Assembly: GCA_965248355.1 (NCBI GenBank) | Contig: OZ252098.1 | Location: forward strand, 3,584,001 to 3,648,000 | DNA: 64,000 nt | Reading direction: 5' to 3' | DNA from: Candidatus Latescibacterota bacterium | Lineage (GTDB): Bacteria; Latescibacterota; UBA2968; UBA8231 | Part shown: piece by piece, positions 32,907-43,582 of the stretch | How positions within the stretch are numbered: position 1 is the first letter of the stretch | Layout of the letters: each line of letters opens with the position of its first letter | The notes under the pieces: model-generated | Told to the model about the DNA's origin: nothing | Database searches by the model: none | What the model saw: the letters and a program-made list of their open reading frames with translations, nothing else | Made by a program: the position numbers and the translations under genes

Positions 32907-35900
32907 CATCGGAGCAGGCCAGGATCGTGGCCGAGCGTGGTCGTGACATGCTGGTCACGGCCGGAGCCGGCACCGGCAAGACCAGTGTCCTCGTGGAGCG
33001 CTACGTCTCCCTGCTCAGGGAACACCGCATCTCCGAGATGGCTGCCGTCACATTCACTGACGCCGCGGCCACCGAGATGCGTGAGCGAGTGCGGAGAGAG
33101 GTCCTCACGCGGGAGGAGTTGAGCCGTCACCGGGCGGACATCGATGAGGCCATCATCGGCACCATCCACTCGCTGTGCCTCCGGGTATTGCGGGAGCATC
33201 CCGTGGAGGCGGCTATCGATCCCGCCTCGAGGGTCCTCTCCGATGACGAGGCCGAGTTCGAGTTGACCAGGGCCTGCATCGATGCGCTGGAAGAGGCCGC
33301 GGACGCCGACGATCATCGGGCCCTGGCGCTGCGAGAGCTCGGTATCTTCGCGGCGACCACCCAGCTTCCCCTGATGGTTGCGAGGCGTGACGAGGTCGAG
33401 GCCGCTTACCAGGCGCTTCCGGGAGAGACCGTGGAGGGCTGGGCCGAAGGTGTCCGGGAGCTGTTGGATGCGAATGTCCGGGCGGCGGTGGAAGAGGCGC
33501 GCCCGGTCCTGGCGGAGCGAGCGGCGTGGCTGAAGGCCGCATACGCAGGTGCCGGCGAGGATGCCCTGTCCCGGAGCCTGCGGGACTGCCTGGCGGCCTT
33601 GGGCGACCCCGATGCCGGGGACTGGTCCGACCTGCTGTCCCGCGTGCTGGACGCGGGTGGCAAAGTCAACCTGAGAGGCGGTAGTGCAAGGAACTGGGCG
33701 GAGAACCTGCAGGATGTCAAGTCGGCCATGGGCTCGATCCGGGAAAAGGCAGGCGAGCTCAGTGGCCTCCCTCGCTGGAACAAGCACGACCCCATCGCGC
33801 TGCAGGCCCTCTCCTCGCTGCGGAGCCTCTTCGAAGACGCCTGCAATCGCTACTCGGCCCGCAAAGGGGAGCTGATCGCTTTCGACTACCTGGACCTCGA
33901 GATCAGGGCTGCGCAACTGCTGAGCACACATCCCGACATTGCCGCGTTCTACCGGTCCCGCCTGCGCCACCTGATGGTGGACGAGCTTCAGGACACCAAC
34001 CCCACCCAGATCGCATTCCTCGACCTCCTGAAAGGACCTGAGCGGTTCTTCGTCGGCGACGTGAAGCAGGCGATCTACCGCTTCCGTGGAAGCGATGTCC
34101 GGAACTTCACACGGCTCCACAAGGAGATCGAGTCCGGGGGCGCCATCCATGCCCTGAGCCAGTCGTTCCGCGCTCACGATCCGCTCGTCGAGTCATTCAA
34201 CATCCTCTTCGAGAAGGTGTTCGAAGACCCACGGGAGGAGTTCGAGGCGCCCATGCAGGCGATGACCGGACGAGGGACCGACTCGCCCGAATCTCCGTAC
34301 CTGGTGCTGCTGCCGATCTCGGATCGAACGCCCGCGGACGAAAAGGCCAGCGACGATGACCGAAGGAGAGTGGAAGCGGATGCCGTGGCCGCGGAAGTGG
34401 CCTCGCTGCTGAAGAGACCGCGTCTCACGCGGGCGTCAGACGTGGCGATCCTCCTCCGCCGGCTGTCGAACGTTCACCTCTTCGAGCAGGCGCTGGAGAG
34501 CCACGGCGTTCCCTACCGCACGGTAGCCGGTGCCGGGTTCTTCACAAGGCAGGAGGTTCTCGATCTCACCAACCTCCTGGGGTGGCTGGCGGAGCCGGAC
34601 GACTCCATAGCCCTGGCGGGCGCCCTCCGGTCACCGCTGTTCATGATCGATGACCCATCCCTCCTGGCTCTTCGGTCCCATGACCGCAGCCTCTTGAGAG
34701 CACTCCGGGACCCTCCTGAGACCATACCGGAGGAGGTCGGCCGGTTCTGCAGGCGCTCCGCCGAGGTGCTCCAGGAACTGCGGGACGGCGTCCCGTTCAT
34801 GCCGCCGGACGCGCTTCTGGAGAGAGCCCTGGCCCTCACCGGATTCGAGGCGGCCTGGGCCCCCTTGCAGGGAGGGGATCAGGCATTGGCCAACATCCGC
34901 AAGTTCGTGGACCTCGCCCGGCAGTTGGCGGACCACTCACTGGACGAGTTCGTGACCTACGTTCGACGACGCCGCGACGAGCTGCAGGCTCGCGAAGGCC
35001 AGGCTGTTCTCGACCAGTCCGACGCCGTGCGGCTGCTGACGGTACATGGAGCCAAGGGTCTCCAGTTCCCCATCGTCTTCGTACCGGAGGCCCATCTGTC
35101 ATCGCGTGTGACCTACGATGCGGTCCGGTGGCGCACCGAGGAGGGAATCTCCCTCACCCGTGCCAGGAAGGTGGGATCGGACGAAGAGAGACGCGGGCGC
35201 CCGGGGTTCTACTCCTACCTGCTGGGACAGGACGAAGCCGAAGAAGCGGCGGAGCACAAGCGTCTCTTCTACGTCGCAGCCACAAGAGCGGCCGACATGC
35301 TGTACATCACCGGCGATGATCGGGTACGGGGTGACGGATGGCTTGAGACCGCTCGCCGTGCCCTCGGTGCGGCCCCGGGAGGGGTGGAGGTCCGTTCACC
35401 CATTCCCGTCGACCTCGAGGCCATCGCTGGCAGGCCCGCACTGCAGTTGGTGCAGGTACCCCCCGAGAACGAGGAAGAGGACTTCATGGCTCCGCTGGTG
35501 GCTCGGCCGCCGGTGATTCCCCTGCGCTCCAGCACGCCCGTGACATCCCTGAAGTTGGAGGTGCCCTCTCACGGCTACCTTCGGCACGGCGACGGTCTCG
35601 GCCTTGTCCGCGGCAGCCTGGCGCACAGTGCCATCGAGGAATGGTTCAAGACCGGAGAGCGGCCCGTACTGGACGAGCTGATACGCGGGATGGCTGATGG
35701 TCTGGGAGGACAGGCAGTGCAGGCGGTTGTCGCAGAAGTCGACGATATGCTCGACATCTTCGACGCCAGCCCGCTGGCGGACACCCTGCGCGACGGGGAT
35801 ACTCGCGTCCACTTCGAGCTGCCCTTTTCCTGGGACTGGGACGGCGTGCCGGTACATGGCACCATCGACCTGGCCTATGAGACCGGGGGCGCCTGGCATG

Positions 35901-36160
35901 TCCTCGACTTCAAGACCGACGATCTGCGCGGCCGATCACTGGCCGACGCTTCCGAAACCTATCTGCCTCAGCTCGCCCTGTACGCTGCCGCCCTGGAGAG
36001 GGCCGTCGGCAGATCCCCGGTCTCGGGGCTGCTGTTCCTGCGAACTGGCGATGTCTACGCCCCGCCGCCCACGGATCTGGCAAGAGCACTGGCAGCCACT
36101 CGCGGCCGGATAGATCGCGGCGGCCTGCTCGATGCGCCGCCAGACCTCGGGGCCGGTTAG
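32888..36160 (+). CDS. addA: AddA-like UvrD helicase with RecB-type nuclease
   Basis: AGAGTGKT, VDELQDTN, VGDVKQAIYRFRG, TVHGAKGLQF, FYVAATRA, GTIDL..LDFKTD..QLALY. Confidence 0.85.
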   Translation: MEELGLTSEQARIVAERGRDMLVTAGAGTGKTSVLVERYVSLLREHRISEMAAVTFTDAAATEMRERVRREVLTREELSRHRADIDEAIIGTIHSLCLRVLREHPVEAAIDPASRVLSDDEAEFELTRACIDALEEAADADDHRALALRELGIFAATTQLPLMVARRDEVEAAYQALPGETVEGWAEGVRELLDANVRAAVEEARPVLAERAAWLKAAYAGAGEDALSRSLRDCLAALGDPDAGDWSDLLSRVLDAGGKVNLRGGSARNWAENLQDVKSAMGSIREKAGELSGLPRWNKHDPIALQALSSLRSLFEDACNRYSARKGELIAFDYLDLEIRAAQLLSTHPDIAAFYRSRLRHLMVDELQDTNPTQIAFLDLLKGPERFFVGDVKQAIYRFRGSDVRNFTRLHKEIESGGAIHALSQSFRAHDPLVESFNILFEKVFEDPREEFEAPMQAMTGRGTDSPESPYLVLLPISDRTPADEKASDDDRRRVEADAVAAEVASLLKRPRLTRASDVAILLRRLSNVHLFEQALESHGVPYRTVAGAGFFTRQEVLDLTNLLGWLAEPDDSIALAGALRSPLFMIDDPSLLALRSHDRSLLRALRDPPETIPEEVGRFCRRSAEVLQELRDGVPFMPPDALLERALALTGFEAAWAPLQGGDQALANIRKFVDLARQLADHSLDEFVTYVRRRRDELQAREGQAVLDQSDAVRLLTVHGAKGLQFPIVFVPEAHLSSRVTYDAVRWRTEEGISLTRARKVGSDEERRGRPGFYSYLLGQDEAEEAAEHKRLFYVAATRAADMLYITGDDRVRGDGWLETARRALGAAPGGVEVRSPIPVDLEAIAGRPALQLVQVPPENEEEDFMAPLVARPPVIPLRSSTPVTSLKLEVPSHGYLRHGDGLGLVRGSLAHSAIEEWFKTGERPVLDELIRGMADGLGGQAVQAVVAEVDDMLDIFDASPLADTLRDGDTRVHFELPFSWDWDGVPVHGTIDLAYETGGAWHVLDFKTDDLRGRSLADASETYLPQLALYAAALERAVGRSPVSGLLFLRTGDVYAPPPTDLARALAATRGRIDRGGLLDAPPDLGAG

Positions 36161-36193
36161 GACATGCCCAGGGCAGGGAGTACGTTTCCCCGC

Positions 36194-36955
36194 ATGCGGG
36201 CACTGATCCTGGGCGCGGGCCGGGGCCGCCGCCTCAAGGCCCTCACCGACGAGCAGCCGAAACCCTACGCCCCCATCGGCGGCCGGCGGATCCTCGACTG
36301 GCTGCTCCAGGCCCTGGGCGAGGCCGGCGTCAGCGACTTCGTCTTCATCGGCGGTTATCGCATCGACCAGGTGCGCGGCGACTACCCGCAACTGACCTTC
36401 TGCCACAACCCGGACTGGCAGACCACCAACATCCTCGCTTCCCTCATGTGCGCCGAGGACCACATGGACGGCGGCTTTCTGGTCACCTACGCCGACATCC
36501 TCTACCGGCCCGCCGTCGTGCGCCGGGCCCTCGACCATCCCGGCGACGCCGTGCTCTGCGTCGACACCCGCTGGCGCGAGCGCTACGCCGACCGCAGCCA
36601 GCACCCGGAGGACGACGCCGAGAAGGTCCTCACCGAGGGCGACCGTGTGCTGCAGGTGAGCCGCAGGCTCCCCTCCTCCGAGGCCTGCGGGGAATACATC
36701 GGCGTGGCCCGGTTCTCGGCCGCCGGCGCCTCCGCCCTCCGCCGGCAGTACCATCAGTTGCAGGCACGTCTCGACGGACAGATCTGGCAGGACGGAACCA
36801 CCTTCCGCCAGGCCTATCTCATCCATCTCTACCAGCACATGCTGGAGCGAGGAGAGCGGTTTCACATGGTGACCACCGGAGGCGAGTACGCCGAAGTCGA
36901 CACCGAGGAGGACTACGCCCTGGCCAACCAGAGCTGGCCCCAGAGGTACGCCTGA
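36194..36955 (+). CDS. Nucleotidyltransferase, phosphocholine cytidylyltransferase (LicC)-like
   Basis: MRALILGAGRGRRL..QPKP, NPDWQTTNILASL, TYADILY, EYIGVARF, EVDTEEDY. Confidence 0.85.
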   Translation: MRALILGAGRGRRLKALTDEQPKPYAPIGGRRILDWLLQALGEAGVSDFVFIGGYRIDQVRGDYPQLTFCHNPDWQTTNILASLMCAEDHMDGGFLVTYADILYRPAVVRRALDHPGDAVLCVDTRWRERYADRSQHPEDDAEKVLTEGDRVLQVSRRLPSSEACGEYIGVARFSAAGASALRRQYHQLQARLDGQIWQDGTTFRQAYLIHLYQHMLERGERFHMVTTGGEYAEVDTEEDYALANQSWPQRYA

Positions 36956-38043
36956 TGCCCACCCTGGTGGAGCGCTGCGGCACCCTGTTCCCCACGTCGG
37001 TGGTCGGCTCCCTGCCGAGGCCCGGCTACGTGCGCGAGATCGTCGTCGACGGCCGCCGGGACGAGGGCTGGAAGGGCCGGCTCGACGCCGCCGTAGCCCA
37101 CGCCGTCTCGCTTCAGGAGGCGGCCGGCCTCGACGTGGTCTCCGACGGCGAGTGGCGGCGGGCCTCCTACATCGGCGTGATCGCCGAGCTGGCCGAGGGT
37201 TTCGAGGTGAGCCAGACGGAAGACGGCCGTCCCTGGACCGTGGTCACCGGAGCGGTGGCGGTACGGAATCAGGGAGTGGTGGCCGCCGAAGTCGTGCACC
37301 TGCGCTCGCTGACCGACCGGCTGATCCAGGTGGCCCTGCCATCGCCGGCCCTGCTGGCCGAACGCATGTGGGACGGGGACCTCTCCAGCGAGGCCTACGG
37401 AACGCCGCGAGCCTTCGCCGAGGCGGTGGCGCCGATCCTGCAGCGCGAGGCGGAGCTGGTCGTCGAAGCCGGGGCCGACATCGTCCAAGTGGACGACCCG
37501 CACCTGTGCCTGCTCGTCGATCCCGAAGTCCGCGCCCGCTACGACGACGACGACTGGGGCGCCGACGAGGAGGCCGCCTTCTCCGTGGACATGGACAACG
37601 AGGTCCTCGTGGGCATCGCCGGCGAGGCCGTGCGGGCCGTGCACCTCTGCCGCCGCGCCGGCGCCCGCGTGCGCGGCGAGGCCTACCACAGCGGCGATTA
37701 CAGCGCCATCGCCCCCGCCCTGGAGCAACTCGACACCGACCACCTGACCCTGGAGTTCACCAACCCGAGCGCCGGCGACGTGGAAGTCCTGGAGCAGCTA
37801 CCCGATCACCTGGAGATCGGCCTCGGCTGCGTCAGCGTTCACCCGGGGGAGATCGACGACGCCGACCAGATCGTGGAGCGCGTCGAGCAGGCCGTGGAGG
37901 TGATCGGCGCCGAGCGCATCGTCCTCAACCCCGACTGCGGCTTCGCCCCCGGCTCGGCGGCGCGGGTCGATCTCGACGAGGTCTACCGCAAGCTGCAGTA
38001 CCAGGCGGAGGCGGCGCGGCGGTTGAGGGGGATCTACGGGTGA
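36955..38043 (+). CDS. Cobalamin-independent methionine synthase II family protein
   Basis: TSVVGSLPRP, QEAAGLDVVSDGEWRR, VHLC, LEF, NPDCGF; TGATG coupling to the upstream gene. Confidence 0.9.
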   Translation: MPTLVERCGTLFPTSVVGSLPRPGYVREIVVDGRRDEGWKGRLDAAVAHAVSLQEAAGLDVVSDGEWRRASYIGVIAELAEGFEVSQTEDGRPWTVVTGAVAVRNQGVVAAEVVHLRSLTDRLIQVALPSPALLAERMWDGDLSSEAYGTPRAFAEAVAPILQREAELVVEAGADIVQVDDPHLCLLVDPEVRARYDDDDWGADEEAAFSVDMDNEVLVGIAGEAVRAVHLCRRAGARVRGEAYHSGDYSAIAPALEQLDTDHLTLEFTNPSAGDVEVLEQLPDHLEIGLGCVSVHPGEIDDADQIVERVEQAVEVIGAERIVLNPDCGFAPGSAARVDLDEVYRKLQYQAEAARRLRGIYG

Positions 38044-38071
38044 GCCGAGAGCCACTCGTACGACCACTCAC

Positions 38072-40384
38072 ATGACACCAGGCGACTTCATCGCCAAGTG
38101 GCGGGCGTCGGAGTTGAAGGAGCGTTCGGCCTCGCAGGAGCACTTCATCGACCTGTGCCGGCTCCTGGACGAGCCGACGCCGGCCCAGGCCGATCCGACC
38201 GGCGACACCTACTGCTTCGAGAAGGGCGCCCGCAGGGAGACCGGCGGCGACGGCTGGGCGGATGTGTGGAAGCGGCACTGCTTCGCCTGGGAGTACAAGG
38301 GTCTGGGCGCCAACCTGGACGCCGCCTTCGACCAGCTCCGGCAATACGCCCTCGCCCTGGAGAACCCGCCGCTCCTGATCGTCTCCGACATGCGGCGGTT
38401 CCGCATCCGCACCAACTGGACCAACAGCGTCAGCGAGATCCACGACTTCGACATCGACGATCTGGCCGATGCCGCCGTGCGCGACAAGCTCAAGTGGGCG
38501 CTCTCCGACCCCGAGCGGCTGCGGCCGGGGGAGACCCGCCAGGCCCTCACCGAGCGCGCCGCCACGGCATTCGCTTCGCTGGCGCAATCCCTGCGCGAGC
38601 GCGGCCACGATCCGCAGGCGGTGGCCCATTTCGTCAACCGTCTCGTGTTCTGCATGTTCGCGGAGGACGTGGGCCTGCTGCCCGGCGACATGTTCACGCG
38701 GATGCTGCAACAGGCCCGCGGGCAACCGGGGGAGTTCGCCGACATGGCCCGCGACCTGTTCGGGGCCATGTCCCGCGGTGGCCGGGTCGGCTTCGAGGCG
38801 GTGGAGTGGTTCAACGGCGGGCTCTTCGACGACGACTCCTCCCTGTCCCTCGAGAAGCCCGAGATCGACATCGCCCTCGAGGCGGCGGGCCTCGACTGGT
38901 CGGAGATCGACCCCTCGATCCTTGGGACCCTGTTCGAGCGCGGCCTCGACCCGGACAAGCGCTCGCAGCTCGGCGCCCACTACACCGACCGGGACAAGAT
39001 CATGCGCATCGTCGAGCCCGTGGTCGTCCGTCCCTGCTCGTCGAATGGGAGAGGGTGAAGGGGGAGATCGCAGAAGCCCTGGATCGCGCGGACAGGAGTC
39101 GGTCGAGGGCGGCTGCCACACGGCGGCGGGGACAGGCGGACCGGCTGCTGCGCACCTTCCTCGAAGACCTGCGCGGGATTCACGGTGCTCGATCCCGCCT
39201 GCGGCTCGGGGAACTTCCTCTACCTGGCCCTGCAGGCGCTCAAGGACCTGGAGCACCGGGTGCAGTTGGAGGCCGACGCCATGGGCCTTCAGCGAGAGTT
39301 TCCCAGGGTCGGCCCCGCCAACGTGAAGGGGATCGAGATCAACCCCTACGCCGCCGAATTGGCCCGCGTGTCGGTGTGGATCGGCGAGATCCAGTGGATG
39401 CGCCGCAACGGGTTCGGCGAGCTGCGCGATCCGATCCTCAAGCCCCTCGACACCATCGAGTGCCGGGACGCGATCCTGTCGCCGGAGGACGCCGAGCCGG
39501 AATGGCCGCGGGCCGACGTGGTGATCGGGAATCCGCCGTTTCTCGGGGGAAAGCTCCTCAACGCCCACCTCGGCGAGGATTACGTCTCCCGCATCTTCCA
39601 GGTGTATGAGGGCCGCGTGCCGGCCGAGGCCGATCTCGTCTGCTACTGGTTCGTGAAGGCGGGCGAGCACCTCGCCGCGGGCCACGCCAAGCGAGCCGGT
39701 CTCGTCTCCACCAACTCCATCCGCGGCGGTGCCAACCGCCGTGCCTTGCAGACCGCCATCGCGGACCGTCCGATCTTCGAGGCCTGGAGCGACGAGCCCT
39801 GGGTGATCGACGGCGCGGCCGTGCGCGTCTCCATGGTCTGCTTCTCGCGGCCGGAGGACGGATCGCTGCAGGAACGCCGGCTCGACGGCCAGCCCGTCGA
39901 CGCGATCCACGCCGACCTGACTGCAACGCGAGGCGGCTCCGGCATAGATCTGACGGGCGTGCGCCGTATTCACCGCAACATGGGGATCGCCTTCATGGGG
40001 GACACCAAGGGCGGACCCTTTGACGTGCCCGGAGAGGTCGCCCGAGAATGGCTGGAAGAGCCCGCCAACCCGAACGGTAGACCCAACTCGGATGTCCTAG
40101 GCCCCTGGATGAACGGCCGGGACGTGACCCGGCGGCCAGCGGATAAGTGGATCGTCGATTTTGGCTGCAGCATGGTGCGTGAGGAGGCGGCCCTCTACGA
40201 AGCGCCGTTCCAGCACGCGGTGGAGCACGTCTATCCGATGCGGCAGCGGAATCGGCGCGAAGCCTACCGCACCTATTGGTGGCGGCACGTCGAGCCGAGG
40301 CCGGGTATGTTGGATGCTCTCGACGGCCTGTCGCGCTACATCGCCACGCCCACCGTGGCAAAGCACAGGCTGTTCACCTGGCTA
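38072..40384 (+). pseudogene. MmeI-like type IIL/IIG restriction-modification enzyme, frameshifted and IS-interrupted
   Basis: ADVWKRHCFAWEYK nuclease motif, LGAHYT, LDPACGSGNFL, IGNPPF; -1 shift near 39033, +1 shift near 39178; IS630 at 40383. Confidence 0.88.
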
Positions 40385-41556
40385 GTGTCCCGTCCGAGAA
40401 TTAAGAAGAATCAACAAGGGCTGTCCGATGTCGCCGCCACCGTCTCCCGAGCGCGCTGGATCTTGCGCAGGATGGTCTCGCCGTCGGCCTTCCAGCGGTA
40501 GGGTTTGGGGGCCAAGTTCCGCTGCGCCAAGTAGGCTTCGATGTCGCGCACCAACTCCCCGACGCTGGCAAAGCTGCCGTCCCGAATCACATCCTGCGTC
40601 AGCTCGCCGAAGAACCGTTCGACCAAGTTCATCCAGGAGGAACTGGTGGGGGTGAAATGGACATGGAAGCGCCGATGCCGAGACAACCAATGCTGCACGC
40701 TCTCCTCCTTGTGGGGGCCGGCGTTGTCCACGATCAGGTGCAGCGACAGGTTCTTGGGCGTCTCGCGGTCGATCTGCTTGAGAAAGCGGAGCCATTCGAC
40801 GTGGGTATGACGCGCCTCCAGACGCGCGATGAGCTTGCCGTCGAGGTAGTTGAGCGCGGCGAACAAGGTGATCGTACCGTGGCGCTTGTAATCGTGGGTC
40901 CGGGTGCGGATGTCGCCGATCCCCAGCGGCAAGCCCGGCTGGGTCCGTTCCAGCGCCTGGCACTGGCTCTTCTCGTCACAGCACAGCACCAGCGCGCGCT
41001 CGGGGGGATCCAGGTAGAGCCCGATCACGTCCCAGAATTTTTCCTCGAAGTGCGGGTCCGTGGAGACCTTGAAGGTCTTGGTCAAATGGGGCTTGATGTC
41101 GTTGGCCTTCCAGATCCGGTGCACGCTGTCCGGCGACATCCCCGCCGCCTGGGCCATCGAGCGCACGCTCCAGCGCGTGCGCGGCTTCGGCGGCTGCGTG
41201 ACCGCGGTGAGGACCTGCTCGACCTTGTCCGCCGGCAAGCTCGCCGGCCGGCCCCGGCCCTTGGCGTCGTTCAGTCCCGCCAAACCCTCGCGATCAAAGC
41301 GTTGCGACCACTTGTTCACACACGCCACACTGGCGCCCAACTCGGCGGCCACCTGCACCTGCTTGATCCCTTCGGCCCGGCGCAGGACGATGGCCGCGCG
41401 CAGGCTGTCGCGCTGGGACGCGGAGGGGGCCCTGACGCGACGCTCCAACTCCTGTCGCTCGGACGCGGTCAACTCAAAGGCGGGACACCGGGCGGGCCAT
41501 GGCCTGAAGATAAGGCCTTGACTCTGTTTTTACAACTCATTTGTCGGACGCGACAC
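40385..41556 (-). mobile_element. IS630 family insertion sequence
   Basis: Terminal inverted repeats GTGTCCCGTCCGAGAA / GTGTCGCGTCCGACAA; TA duplicated at 40383-40384 and 41557-41558 (CTAG context). Confidence 0.95.
40411..41472 (-). CDS. IS630 family DDE transposase (natural ATG at 41500 appears one base out of frame)
   Basis: CCDEKSQCQAL, THDYKRHGT, LIVDNAGPH, SSWMNLVERFF. Confidence 0.9.
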   Translation of the reverse strand: MTASERQELERRVRAPSASQRDSLRAAIVLRRAEGIKQVQVAAELGASVACVNKWSQRFDREGLAGLNDAKGRGRPASLPADKVEQVLTAVTQPPKPRTRWSVRSMAQAAGMSPDSVHRIWKANDIKPHLTKTFKVSTDPHFEEKFWDVIGLYLDPPERALVLCCDEKSQCQALERTQPGLPLGIGDIRTRTHDYKRHGTITLFAALNYLDGKLIARLEARHTHVEWLRFLKQIDRETPKNLSLHLIVDNAGPHKEESVQHWLSRHRRFHVHFTPTSSSWMNLVERFFGELTQDVIRDGSFASVGELVRDIEAYLAQRNLAPKPYRWKADGETILRKIQRARETVAATSDSPC

Positions 41557-41576
41557 TAGATGGGCGCTTCACCGTA

Positions 41577-41867
41577 TCAGGCCGCTGGTGACAGCCGGTC
41601 GACCTTGATTTCATCGGCATGCTTCATCGCCTGCGCCAGGTCGTAGGCAGCCTGAAGCCGCAGCCACGTCTCGGCGCCGCCACCGAAGGCCTTGTCGAGC
41701 CGGATGGCCATCTCGGGCGAGATACCCGCGTTGCAGTTCACGATGTCGGAAAGCTGCTTGCGGCTAACCCTCAGGCACCTGGCCGCTTCCGTGACATTCA
41801 GCCCCAAAGGCTCCAGGCAATCGCGCCGCACCGAGAGGCCTGGATGGGGCGGGTTCTTCATCGGCAT
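41577..41867 (-). CDS. higA: HigA family addiction module antitoxin
   Basis: [48 protein letters not shown]. Confidence 0.93.
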   Translation of the reverse strand: MPMKNPPHPGLSVRRDCLEPLGLNVTEAARCLRVSRKQLSDIVNCNAGISPEMAIRLDKAFGGGAETWLRLQAAYDLAQAMKHADEIKVDRLSPAA

Positions 41868-41877
41868 AGCTCACTCC

Positions 41878-41916
41878 TCCTCATGTAGTCGATCAGGTCC
41901 ACGTCGCTGGCGTGCC
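41878..41916 (-). pseudogene. C-terminal remnant of a HigB toxin gene
   Basis: Reads HASDVDLIDY directly upstream of the higA RBS, like the HigB C-terminus ..DVDLxDYH; the rest is absent. Confidence 0.6.
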
Positions 41917-41951
41917 TGCCCGCGGTCGACCCGGGCGCGTCGGGACCGGGT

Positions 41952-42632
41952 TCAACCGGCACGGAGCACAAAGAACTCATAGCCGTAGAACTCCGAGCAG
42001 GCATGCCAGATGTCTATCTCCCTCTGGCACTCGTCCGCCAACTCCAGTGCGTCCGGCGCCTCGTGGTGACGCTGGCGGAATGCGGTCACGTTGTCCTGCA
42101 GTGGCCGATAGTAGTCGTCCCACCATGCGGACGCGGGGAGCGGGAAGTGCCCGACCGTCTCGTAGCCGCACGTCTCGATGGCTTCCAGGAGCGCGGAGGT
42201 GTCGCGGATGGCCGGGTACTCCCGGTTCCAGAACGCTGCGCATGCGGGAGGGGGGTCGGGCTTTCGCCAGCACACCTCCGTCAGGGCCACGTGCCCGTTG
42301 CGTCGCAGCAAGCGGCGCCAGTCACGCAGGGCCGCTTCGACACCCATGATGTAGATGGCGCCTTCGCACCAGATCAGGTCGAAGGCACCATCTGCGAAGT
42401 CGAGTCGGCGCATGTCCGCCACGCGGGCTTCCAGTCGATCCGCGATGCCCAGTTCGTGCGCCTTGTGCTTCAGCGCCTCGATGAACTGGGGATGGTTGTC
42501 GACGGCGACGATGCGCGACGGCGAGCTTTCCGCCAGAACCAATGTCTGGGCGCCGGCTCCGCCGCCGATGTCGAGCACGCGGGTCCGTGGCCCGACGTCC
42601 GCCACGGGCCCGCCGGCCGTGCCCGCGTTCAT
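41952..42632 (-). CDS. Class I SAM-dependent methyltransferase, probably 5'-truncated
   Basis: RVLDIGGGAGAQT, VADMRRL..FDLIWCEGAIY, WWDDYYRPL, YGYEFFVLR. Confidence 0.75.
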   Translation of the reverse strand: MNAGTAGGPVADVGPRTRVLDIGGGAGAQTLVLAESSPSRIVAVDNHPQFIEALKHKAHELGIADRLEARVADMRRLDFADGAFDLIWCEGAIYIMGVEAALRDWRRLLRRNGHVALTEVCWRKPDPPPACAAFWNREYPAIRDTSALLEAIETCGYETVGHFPLPASAWWDDYYRPLQDNVTAFRQRHHEAPDALELADECQREIDIWHACSEFYGYEFFVLRAG

Positions 42633-42688
42633 CTTCTTGACAGAGGATTCCCAGAAGGTATGCTAATCCTCTTCACTCGAGAGGGAGC

Positions 42689-43071
42689 ATGGCTGTCGAT
42701 CCTGCCGCCGCCGCCCGCTGGGTTTCCAGCCGGCACGAGCGGCGGCGTAAGGCTCTTCGCCGGCGGCTGCAGTCGGCCCAGGAAGACGCGGCCCGGATCA
42801 TCTCCGCAATTGCCGCGCAGTACCGCCCCTGCGCATTTACCAGTGGGGATCCCTCGTCCATACCGAACGCTTCACCGATATCTCCGATATCGACATCGCC
42901 GTCGAGGGGATGGACTGCGACTAGCCAACCCTGGCGGCCATCCGCTCGCAGGCGGATTCGATGACCGACTTCCACGTCGACCTGGTCGTCATGGAGCGCC
43001 TGGAACCGGGGAGGGCCGACCTCATCCGGCGGTTCGGCGCAGTGGCATGGGAAGATGAAGACCGGGCCTGA
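42689..43071 (+). pseudogene. Minimal nucleotidyltransferase (MNT) antitoxin pseudogene
   Basis: After a frameshift near 42828 it reads RIYQWGSL..FTDISDIDIAVEG; premature TAG 42922-42924; promoter TTGACA-N16-TATGCT at 42637-42664; an overlapping short partner start at 43055 ends at TAG 43108. Confidence 0.75.
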
Positions 43072-43118
43072 ACGCGGCATCGACGAGTTGATCGCGGAGC
43101 TCGAATAGGCGCGAGAGC

Positions 43119-43550
43119 GATATGTATCGCGCAACTTCCATGTGTATCAAGGCCGCGTGCCGGCCGAGGCCGATCTCGTCTGCTACTGGTTCGTGAAGGC
43201 AGAGCACCTCGCCGCCAGCCAGGCGAAGCGGGCCGGACTCGTCTCGACCAATTCCATTCGCGGCGGCGCCAATCGGCGGGCCCTGCAGGCCGCCATCAAG
43301 AACCGTCCGATCTTCGAGGCTTGGGCGGACGAGCCGCGTGCCGTCGCCATTGCAGACGCCTCGCGCCGAGGACGCGGAGAAGGACCTGAAGAAGCGTACA
43401 CTGACGAACCTCTAAAACGCCCGCCCGCAGTGGCTCGTGGGGACGCGCACGCGGAGGTCGATGCGGCCGTGGCGGCGGCGTACGGTTTGGCAGAGTGACA
43501 TTCCGGAAGACGAGACATTGAGGGGCCTCTTGAGGATGAACTCCGGATAG
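43119..43550 (+). pseudogene. Second, heavily deleted MmeI-like R-M gene fragment
   Basis: 43119-43336 is paralogous to 39578-39798 (GRVPAEADLVCYWF..STNSIRGGANR); it then jumps to the family C-terminus LKKRTLTNL..ARPQWL..DAAVAAAYG with stops and indels. Confidence 0.8.
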
Positions 43551-43582
43551 GCCGCCCCGTACTGCGAAACCCTCACAGAGGA

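Noticed and set aside
40385..40501. C-terminal tail of ORF 39185-40501
   Set aside because: Read-through into the IS630 end, not part of the methyltransferase
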